Of a stretch of 64,000 nt of DNA, positions 10,964 to 19,734 are shown one piece after another. Under the pieces are notes generated by a model. It worked only from the letters and a program-made list of their open reading frames with translations. It was not told the origin of the DNA and searched no databases. Position 1 is the stretch's first letter; each line of letters starts with the position of its first letter. Origin of the DNA: Coleofasciculus sp. B1-GNL1-01. Its GTDB lineage: Bacteria > Cyanobacteriota > Cyanobacteriia > Cyanobacteriales > Coleofasciculaceae. Both the position numbers and the translations under genes were made by a program. The DNA lies in assembly GCA_040220235.1 (NCBI GenBank), contig JAVJTO010000084.1; one strand, written 5' to 3'.

Positions 10964-12327
10964 AACTTCAGCCAATCTAATAGTTCTTGAATTAACCAGG
11001 TACTTTCCTGTTCACCCAAAGCACCGCCCAGTTTATACGTACCCCGTGTTGATGGAATTCTGACTTCATAAATAGACCCCCGATTCACTAGGAAGGGATT
11101 CCCAATATTTGTAATGGATTGCTGCTGGCGACCATATTTGAAGAACCCTGTCTGTCGCTCTAGCTGGAATAGGTTACGATGGCGATCCAATAAAACGTGA
11201 GTTTTTTGACCAAAAAAATTAGCCAGTAAAGCAACAAATGCTGTTAATAATGCTAAGACTATCAACAGCCCCATTAATGCTGGTTTATCTATTAGCAAAA
11301 TAACTTGATTTATCAAGGCAAAAAATAAAGCTAAAGTAAAGTAGCCGAAAATGATAGCTCCCAGCCAGCTATATTGGATTATTTTACGAAGTCCCGGTGC
11401 AGGAATTGTAATCACGAGTTGTTTCATGGATTTATTAATATTGATTTTAATCAGACTCCCTGACGGTTTATAAGTTTTGATTCGAGTCGGATTAGGCGCG
11501 GCAGTAGAGAGATTAACATGTCCTGATATTAGCGATTTCATAGCTTGTTTGGCGGTGCTAAAGCGCTTTTCTAACCCAATTTCCGTCATCTGCTCAATCC
11601 AAGGGATAAAATGGGAGTTAATACTTATGCGATCGCGAAAATAAATCCGCCCTTCTTTTTGAGGTAAATCAGCCGGGGCTGTACCCGTTAGTAGGTGAAT
11701 TAAAGTTGCGCCCAACGCATATAAATCGGAAGCCGCCACCGCCCGTCCCAAAAACTGTTCTAAGGGCGCATAACCACTCGTCCCCACCACAGTAAACGTC
11801 ACTCCGGTAACAGCCGCTTGCGCTTGTACTGCCCCAAAATCCACCAGATAAACTTGCTTGTCTTCACCTAAAATCAGATTACTGGGTTTAATATCTCGGT
11901 GCAATACGGGCGGACTCAATTCGTGTAAATAAATCAGAATATCTAGAACTTGAGTCGCAATCGCACGAACCTGTGTCTCACTAAACCGTTTATTTTTATC
12001 TAATAATTCTTGAAGCGAATCTCCCGGAATATAGTCTTGCACCAGTCCAAACCACGGCAACTGTAACCCCGCTTCTTTGTCTAAGGAAAAATAATCACGA
12101 TAGCGGGGAATTCGGGGATGATTCAGGGCTTGTAAAACTTGTGCCTCGCGTTCAAATAGTTTAAGTTCCTCCCACTGCATTTCCGGGCTAAAGGCTAATA
12201 GCTTAACCGTCACTTGTTCATTAGATTGTAAATCCGTCGCTAACCAAGTTTGTCGCCCTGCTGCTGTGCGCCCTAATCTTTGATGGAGCTGGTATTGTTC
12301 TTTTAAACATTGATCACGATTGAACAC
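10960..12327 (-). CDS. Ser/Thr protein kinase, class A copy A4 (kinase, 2 TM, C-terminal domain)
   Basis: [22 protein letters not shown]; two hydrophobic helices; GTG start with GAGGT RBS. Confidence 0.9.
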   Translation of the reverse strand: MFNRDQCLKEQYQLHQRLGRTAAGRQTWLATDLQSNEQVTVKLLAFSPEMQWEELKLFEREAQVLQALNHPRIPRYRDYFSLDKEAGLQLPWFGLVQDYIPGDSLQELLDKNKRFSETQVRAIATQVLDILIYLHELSPPVLHRDIKPSNLILGEDKQVYLVDFGAVQAQAAVTGVTFTVVGTSGYAPLEQFLGRAVAASDLYALGATLIHLLTGTAPADLPQKEGRIYFRDRISINSHFIPWIEQMTEIGLEKRFSTAKQAMKSLISGHVNLSTAAPNPTRIKTYKPSGSLIKININKSMKQLVITIPAPGLRKIIQYSWLGAIIFGYFTLALFFALINQVILLIDKPALMGLLIVLALLTAFVALLANFFGQKTHVLLDRHRNLFQLERQTGFFKYGRQQQSITNIGNPFLVNRGSIYEVRIPSTRGTYKLGGALGEQESTWLIQELLDWLKL

Positions 12328-12485
12328 AAGATTACCTCGTTTTTCTCGATCATAACGTTCCTATCTTCCTGGGTACAGCGAAAGAGTCTGGTGCGTTACC
12401 TCCTTTTCGTTTCAGGTTGTAGAGGGTTGTGTACATTGCCGATTAAGTTTGATGTCTTTAACCGCTTATTTATAGGTTACATCTG

Positions 12486-13994
12486 TTACCCATAGTCCGC
12501 TAGCCAATCTTGAATTTCTTGACGCAGCCAGTTCGCTTCAGATTGAGTTAAGTAGTTTGCCAAGGGATAGGTATTAACTTCAGCCTGCCCAGAAACTGAT
12601 TGACCTAAACGTTGGCTACTATAATAGTTATTGGTTCTAGTTTGGAGATAGATAGCACGCCCATTGTTTCCTATAAATACGTTTTTAATGTCTGAAGTAT
12701 TTCCCCGGCAATGTAAATGCTCAATAACGAATTGATTAAAATTAATTTTTATTGAATATCCCCCCAGGTTAGCAATGCTTGTTTTTTTTATGTCCTGCAA
12801 ATACTTTCCTAGTGTATTGTAACCTAGTGACACCAAATGAGATAAGCATAAAATCAATATCCCGCTAACAAACGCAATCAAAAAAAACATGAGCAGGCTA
12901 GTTGATGAGAATTCTTTTAAGACTATGCTTACCACTATACCAAGTGTCGCAAATACAACTCCACCAGCAGCAGATACTAAAAGTAATGTCAGCAATGCCC
13001 AGACAATGAATAAGCTAAAATACAAGGCGCACTTTAATCCATTTTTAAACACTATTTCCCAAAATAGTAGTCTGTCTTGATGGATTTGCAAAATAATTTC
13101 TCGCGGCGATTTATGAACTTGAATTCGACTCAAAAAAGGAGGCTGAATAGTTTCCAATTGCTCAGGAATCGATCGCCCCGTTTCTAATGCATCAAGTGCT
13201 TGATTTGCACAACTCAAGCGTAAGCCTAAGTCAGGTTCCGTCAAGGCTTCAATCCAGCTGATCAACTGAGAATTAATACTCACCTGATTCCGAAACTGTA
13301 TCCGTAAATTCCGTTGGGGTAAATCCGCCGGCGGAATACCCGTTAACAAATGAATTAACGTCGCGCCCAAAGCATAGAGATCAGACGCAGGAACCGCTTG
13401 TCCCCAAAACTGTTCCAAGGGGGCATATCCGCTTGTCCCCACCACAGTAAACGTCACTCCTTCTACCGCCGCACTGTTTTGCACTGCACCAAAATCCACT
13501 AAATAAACCTGCTTCTCGTCTCCTAAAATCAGGTTACTCGGCTTAATATCCCGATGCAATACAGGGGAATTTAACCCATGTAAATAGGCGAGAATTTCCA
13601 GCACTTGTTTAGCAACTGAACGAACTTGTGACTCCGTAAACCGCTTTCCCTCATTCAGTAACTGCTGTAAGGATTTTCCGGGAATATAATCCTGTACCAA
13701 GCCAAACCAACACAACCCCGCGCCTATTTGTTGATCCAACGAAAAGTAATCACGGTATTTAGGAATCCGGGGATGATTCAGTTGCTTCAGCACCGCCGCT
13801 TCCCGTTCAAATAACTTAAACTCATCCCACTCCATCTGGGGATTAAACGCCAGTAACTTAACTGTCACCTGTTCGCCAGACTGTAAATCGTGAGCTAACC
13901 AGGTTTGTCGCCCTGCGTTATTCCCTAACTGATGTTGCAGTTGATAACGTTCCTTTAACGATTGATTGGGATTAAATAAATGATGATCTATCAT
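12486..13994 (-). CDS. Ser/Thr protein kinase, class A copy A3
   Basis: Intact Hanks motifs; long hydrophobic hairpin; C-terminal L...SEA.WL..EI.DWL motif shared with other class A copies. Confidence 0.9.
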   Translation of the reverse strand: MIDHHLFNPNQSLKERYQLQHQLGNNAGRQTWLAHDLQSGEQVTVKLLAFNPQMEWDEFKLFEREAAVLKQLNHPRIPKYRDYFSLDQQIGAGLCWFGLVQDYIPGKSLQQLLNEGKRFTESQVRSVAKQVLEILAYLHGLNSPVLHRDIKPSNLILGDEKQVYLVDFGAVQNSAAVEGVTFTVVGTSGYAPLEQFWGQAVPASDLYALGATLIHLLTGIPPADLPQRNLRIQFRNQVSINSQLISWIEALTEPDLGLRLSCANQALDALETGRSIPEQLETIQPPFLSRIQVHKSPREIILQIHQDRLLFWEIVFKNGLKCALYFSLFIVWALLTLLLVSAAGGVVFATLGIVVSIVLKEFSSTSLLMFFLIAFVSGILILCLSHLVSLGYNTLGKYLQDIKKTSIANLGGYSIKINFNQFVIEHLHCRGNTSDIKNVFIGNNGRAIYLQTRTNNYYSSQRLGQSVSGQAEVNTYPLANYLTQSEANWLRQEIQDWLADYG

Positions 13995-14089
13995 AACTCT
14001 CTGTTGCTATAACGGCTCAACGTGCTGAAACATCAAAATCGGCAAAACTACTCCCTATAAAATGGCTCAGATTCATAATTTTTGACGCA

Positions 14090-16096
14090 TCACGGTGAAG
14101 GTTTATAACGCTCAATTGCCGTCATTGCTTTATCTTTACCGCCATAGTATAATTGAATGGTTTCAGTAATCTGAACCGCTCGTTTCTGCTCACCTATAGC
14201 CACTAACCGACGCACCATCGCATCTAAGGCTTTAGCTTTTTGTTCGTAGTTGGTGATTGTGTTAGCCACCTGAATTGCTTGTTCATACTCAGTCGCCGTG
14301 GTTAAATACGGTGCGATCGCTGCTATGGTATTACTGCGAATCGAGTCATGGGGGATAGTACGAGTCACTGTCAGGGCTTGGGTATACTCACCAGCATCTG
14401 TTAAGTTGAGTGCGATCGCTTGTACCCTTTCGATGATGGGCAAGGCTGGATCATATTCACTAGCCGCCGCTAACTCCAAGGCAATGACGGCTAATACCTT
14501 TGCCTTTAGCCATTCGTCTGTAATCGTTTCCGCAATCTGAACCGCTTGCTCAGTCTTACCTGTAACCGTTAAATTAGTGGCAATAATCTCCAATGCCTTT
14601 GCCTTAAACCATTCGTCTGTAATCGTTTCCGCCGTATCAAGGGCTTGATTATACTCACCAGCACTGGCATAATTAGCCGCACGCTCTGCTAAATTCCAAT
14701 CGTTCCCGATAAAAGAGCCTCCATTAATTTTTACTGTATTCGGGGCGCATTGAATCACCCCCTCTTGCACAATTGGTGCTGGGGGGCGATTAGTACCCAA
14801 AGATTTTGCCTTACACAGAATTGTAAATGTCGATCCTCTTGTTCTTTCAACGCTACCCCAAAAAACACCGCCAACATAGCTCTTTTAATTGGATTTACGG
14901 GAAACACCATAGTTAATGGAACTCAGGGGCGTGGTATGACTGGAATAGCTATAGTTTTTTGTTTCAGAGATAATACCTAATTCCAGATTTTTTACATTAT
15001 CAGTAAATGCATTTTTATCGAGGAAGTAGGCTTGCTGGGCGCGATTCATTGCACCAACATATTGTTTAGCTTCTGACTGCTTAGCTTGATGAGCCGCATT
15101 TGAAAAGAATAGAGAAATTAGTCCCCCCAAACCAATTAGTCCGAGCAACGCTAAACAACCACAACCATACCCACCATCTGTGTCAGATAAAGGGCTAATT
15201 GATTTTTGGGCGGAGAATTTACTGGGGTGAGAAATAAAACAAGATTGCAACGAAGACAACGCTTGACGTGCTGTACTCAACCGTTTTTCCGGTGCAGGTT
15301 GAATTAACTGGTTAATCCAGTTGGCAAAATTCGGATTAATTCGGACTTTATCTTGAAACTTGATCCGCATTTGCTGCTGGGGCAATTCCGCCGGCGGAAT
15401 CCCTGTTAATAAATGAATTAGCGTTGCACCCAAGGCATAAAAATCAGAGGCAGGTACAGCCTTTCCCCATAACTGTTCTGGTGGTGCATAACCACTGGTT
15501 CCCACCACTGTAAACGTAGCACCTTCAGCTTTGGCTTTGTCTTGCACAGCACCAAAATCTACCAGATAGATTTGGTTATTTTCCCCCAAAATCAGATTAC
15601 TTGGCTTAATATCGCGGTGGAGAACAGGCGGACTTAATTCGTGTAGCTCGATTAAAATCTTGAGCAAATCCTCAGCAAACTGACGCACCTGATTTTCGCT
15701 AAACGGTTTCCCTTGCTCTAATAACTGTTTGAGAGAGTCACCGGGAATATAGTCTTGCACCAAACCAAACCACGGTAATCCGGTGACATGGGAGGTATCA
15801 CTATTATTATCAGCAGAAGATGCTTCTAAACTCGCTCCAACACCATCCACAGAAAAATAATCCAGATATTTAGGAATGCGAGGATGATTAAGATTTTTGA
15901 GAACTTGAGCTTCTCGTTGAAACAACTTTAAATCATCCCACTGCATCTGAGGATTAAATGCCAGCAATTTAACCACAACATCTGCTGGTGGTGAGGCTTG
16001 CATATCCGTGGCTAACCAAGTTTGTCGCCCCGCATTTTGCCCCAATTTTTGTTGTAGCTGATAGCGATCGCGTAAAACTTGTCCTGCACTTAACAT
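14090..16096 (-). pseudogene. Class B kinase-TM-pilin G/H-helical repeat gene (B3) split by an in-frame stop
   Basis: ORFs 14885-16096 and 14090-14800 are in the same frame; TAA at 14885-14887 aligns with TTA (Leu) in paralog B1 and the intervening 28 codons read KSYVGGVFWG... Confidence 0.85.
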
Positions 16097-16257
16097 AATT
16101 GACTCCTTCCTGCTTCATCCGTCACATCCCTGGCTAACAATTCTATGGCTCTATAGATTATCTCTCATAACGGATTACCACCTCTATTGTGATAACGGCT
16201 CAATCAGGTGAACTATCCGAATCGGCAAAATTCGTCTATAATATTCATGATGACGCA

Positions 16258-18189
16258 TCACTGTGAAGTTTTATAACGCTCAATTGCCGCCATCGCTTTT
16301 CCTTTACCACCATAATAAGATTGGATGATTTCAGCAATCTGAACCGCTCGTTTATGGTTCCCTGTAGCGACTAATCGGCGTACAATGGCATCCAAGGCTT
16401 TGGCTTTTGGTTCATAGTCCGTAATCGTTTTAGCTACCTGAATGGCTTGTTCATACTCAGCAGACGTGGTTAAATAGGGTGCGATCGCTTGGATAGTTTT
16501 ACTCTTAATCGAATCATCGGTGATATGACGAGTTACTTTCAAGGCTTGCTCAGACTCACCAGCATCAGTTAACTTGAGTGCGATCGCTTGTATCTTTTCA
16601 ATGATTGTCAAAGCTTGCTTAGACTTACCCATCGCCACTAACTCCGTGGCAATAACCTCAAGTGCTTTGACTTTAACCCAACGCTCTGTAATCATTTCCG
16701 CAGTATCAAGGGCTTGATTGTACTTACCAGCTTTCGCGTAATTAGCCGAACGATAAGCTAACTTCCAATCTTCCCCCAGAAAAATTCCTTTTTCATCCTC
16801 TCCATAAGACTTGAGCTTTACTGTCTCCGGGGCGCATTGAATCACACCATCTTCTACAATTGGTGCTGGAGGGCGATGAGTACCGGGAGATTCTGCCTCA
16901 CACAGAATTGCAAATGTTGTCATCTCTCCTGTTGCTGCAGCGTCACCCAAAAATACAGCGCCCACATAGCCTTTCATCTTTGATTTTTTGGAAACGGCAT
17001 AGTTAATAACGCTCAAGTAATTTGTATGCATTGAATAGGTATAGTTTTCTGTTTCAGTGTTAAATCCCAGTCCCAGTTCAGCAATAGCATCAGTAAAATT
17101 ACTTTCCTCTAAAAAATAAGCTTGCTGGGCGCGATTCATTGAACTAATATATAGTTTTGCTTCTGACTCTCTGGCTTTACCAGCGCTATTAAGAAATGAA
17201 GGAATTACTATGATAATAAAGCCAATTCCCATTAGTCCTAGCCAAGCCAAGCAGCCACAACCGTAACCACTTTTCGTATCCGATGAACGGTTTATTGATT
17301 GTTGCACAGGAATTTGATTCTGGTGATAAATAAAACAGGATTGCAGCAAAGAAAAAGCCTGACGTGCCGTACTCAACCGTTTTTCCGGTGCAGGTTGAAT
17401 TAACTGCTCAATCCAGTTAGCAAAACTCGGCTCAATCTTGACTTTATCTCGAAACTTAATCCGCATTCGCTGCTGGGGCAATTGAGACGGCGGAATCCCT
17501 GTTAATAAATGAATCAAAGTCGCACCCAAAGCATATAAATCTGATGCAGGTACAGCTTTTCCCCATAACTGTTCAGGGGGTACATAACCACTGGTTCCCA
17601 CTACTGTAAATGTAACCCCTTCAGCTTTGGCTTTGTCTTGCACAGCACCAAAGTCTACCAAATAAATTTGGTTATCCTCCCCCAAAATAAGATTACTCGG
17701 CTTAATATCACGATGGAGAACAGGCGGACTTAATTCGTGTAGCTCGATTAAAATCTTGAGCAAATCCTCAGCAAAATGACGCACCTGATTTTCGCTAAAT
17801 CGTTTCCCCTGATCCAATAGCTGTTTGAGAGATTCACCGGGAATATACTCTTGTACTAAAGCAAACCAAGGTAAGTCAGTTACATTAGACTTATCATTAT
17901 TATCGGCAGCATATTCTTCTAAACCCGCCTCGATATCATCCATTGAAAAATAATCAAGATACTTCGGAATGCGAGGATAATTGAGATTATTAAGAACTTG
18001 AGCCTCTCGTTTAAACAGCTTCAACTCATCCCATTGCATCTGGGGATTAAACATCAAAAATTTAACCACAACGGTTTTTGGCGGTGAGGCTTGAGTATCC
18101 ATCGCTAACCAAGTTTGCCGCCCTGCATTATGTCCCAACTGTTTTTGTAGCTGATAGCGATCGCGTAAAACTTGTCCTGAACTTAACAT
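16258..18189 (-). CDS. Ser/Thr kinase fused to type IV pilin-like G/H domain and helical repeats (B2)
   Basis: Kinase motifs; GYGCGC + TM; KARESEAK.YISSMNRAQQAYFLE..F..I.ELGLG pilin G/H-like signature with two Cys; 33-aa repeats. Confidence 0.88.
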   Translation of the reverse strand: MLSSGQVLRDRYQLQKQLGHNAGRQTWLAMDTQASPPKTVVVKFLMFNPQMQWDELKLFKREAQVLNNLNYPRIPKYLDYFSMDDIEAGLEEYAADNNDKSNVTDLPWFALVQEYIPGESLKQLLDQGKRFSENQVRHFAEDLLKILIELHELSPPVLHRDIKPSNLILGEDNQIYLVDFGAVQDKAKAEGVTFTVVGTSGYVPPEQLWGKAVPASDLYALGATLIHLLTGIPPSQLPQQRMRIKFRDKVKIEPSFANWIEQLIQPAPEKRLSTARQAFSLLQSCFIYHQNQIPVQQSINRSSDTKSGYGCGCLAWLGLMGIGFIIIVIPSFLNSAGKARESEAKLYISSMNRAQQAYFLEESNFTDAIAELGLGFNTETENYTYSMHTNYLSVINYAVSKKSKMKGYVGAVFLGDAAATGEMTTFAILCEAESPGTHRPPAPIVEDGVIQCAPETVKLKSYGEDEKGIFLGEDWKLAYRSANYAKAGKYNQALDTAEMITERWVKVKALEVIATELVAMGKSKQALTIIEKIQAIALKLTDAGESEQALKVTRHITDDSIKSKTIQAIAPYLTTSAEYEQAIQVAKTITDYEPKAKALDAIVRRLVATGNHKRAVQIAEIIQSYYGGKGKAMAAIERYKTSQ

Positions 18190-18231
18190 GAGTTACTCCT
18201 GGGAATTATAATTTATTAATTACATCCGTTG

Positions 18232-19635
18232 TTAACAATTTGCCAGCCAATTTTTAATTTCACAAACCAGCCAACTTGATTCAGATAGTGTTAGTCGATT
18301 TGCCAAACAATAGTCTTCCTTTCTTGTCTTGAGATAGATGGCTTTACCTGAATGGTTACTACCTACTCCTTGAATCTCTGAAAGGAGTAGATGGAAATCA
18401 AATCTCTGACAAGTCAATTCCTCCATGTCAAATACTACAGAGTATCCCCAGAAATTAGCACGTATAAGATTACGGATATCTCTGTACATTTTTTTTAAAT
18501 GAATCAGCCCTTCTTTATTCAAAAGAATCCAAAGCCCAAATATATAAAGACTTGCTATTATTGTTAAAAATGGCATAAAGAATAAATTCTTTAATATATT
18601 AAACCCAATTAAGGTTAGGCATAAATCTACAAATAACAATGATAAAATTAAACTAAAGAATAGAATTAATTTCATGAATAAAAATACGGGAATATTCACA
18701 AAGCACATTATTCCTTTTGCAGCAAAATAAACAATAAGTTTATTTTTGTTTTTCTCAAGCTTAATTCGTGTTGAAAAAGGCGGACATACAGTTTCTAACG
18801 GATAACGAATAGATTGCCCTGTTTCCAATGCATCAAGAGCTTGACTAGCACAACTCAAGCGCAAATCTAGGTCAGGTTCCGTCAAGGCTTCAATCCAACT
18901 TATCAACTGAGGGTTAATACTCACCTGCTCCCGAAATTGTATGCGTAAATTTCGTTGCGGCAAATCAGCCGGAGAAACACCTGTTAATAAATGAATTAAC
19001 GTCGCGCCCAAAGCATAGAGATCCGAAGCCGGAACCGCTTGTCCCCAGAACTGTTCCAATGGTGCATATCCACTCGTTCCCACCACGGTAAACGTCACTC
19101 CTTCTACCGCCGCACTATCTTGCACCGCACCAAAATCAACTAAATAAATCTGCTTATCCTCTCCTAAAATCAGATTACTCGGCTTAATATCTCGGTGTAA
19201 TACTGGAGAATTTAACCCATGTAAATAGATGAGAATATCCAGCACTTGTTTAGCAATCGAACGAACCTGTGACTCCGTAAAACGCTTTCCCTCATTCAGT
19301 AACTGCTGTAAAGATTTGCCTGGAATATAATCCTGCACTAAGCCAAACCAACATAACCCCGCCCCAATTTTTTGATCCAAGGAAAAATAATCCCGATACT
19401 GAGGAATTCGAGGATGATTCAGTTGCTTTAGCACCGCTGCTTCCCGTTCAAACAACTTAAACTCATCCCACTCCATCTGGGGATTAAACGCCAGTAACTT
19501 CACCGTCATCTGTTCACCAGACTGTAAATCTTGAGCTAACCAGGTTTGACGCCCTGCATTGTTCCCTAATTGCTGTTGCAGTTGGTAACGTTCCTTTAAG
19601 CATTGGTTGGGATGAAACAAAAAATTATCTCTCAT
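18232..19635 (-). CDS. Ser/Thr protein kinase, class A copy A2
   Basis: Kinase domain nearly identical to A1; divergent AT-rich TM hairpin. Confidence 0.9.
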   Translation of the reverse strand: MRDNFLFHPNQCLKERYQLQQQLGNNAGRQTWLAQDLQSGEQMTVKLLAFNPQMEWDEFKLFEREAAVLKQLNHPRIPQYRDYFSLDQKIGAGLCWFGLVQDYIPGKSLQQLLNEGKRFTESQVRSIAKQVLDILIYLHGLNSPVLHRDIKPSNLILGEDKQIYLVDFGAVQDSAAVEGVTFTVVGTSGYAPLEQFWGQAVPASDLYALGATLIHLLTGVSPADLPQRNLRIQFREQVSINPQLISWIEALTEPDLDLRLSCASQALDALETGQSIRYPLETVCPPFSTRIKLEKNKNKLIVYFAAKGIMCFVNIPVFLFMKLILFFSLILSLLFVDLCLTLIGFNILKNLFFMPFLTIIASLYIFGLWILLNKEGLIHLKKMYRDIRNLIRANFWGYSVVFDMEELTCQRFDFHLLLSEIQGVGSNHSGKAIYLKTRKEDYCLANRLTLSESSWLVCEIKNWLANC

Positions 19636-19734
19636 AATACCCTTTCTCTGTAATCATGCAACGAATAAATCCTCTGGGCTATCGCCACCAAAATAGTTCT
19701 TATTAAGATGTATCAGATTCATGATGTTTATGCC

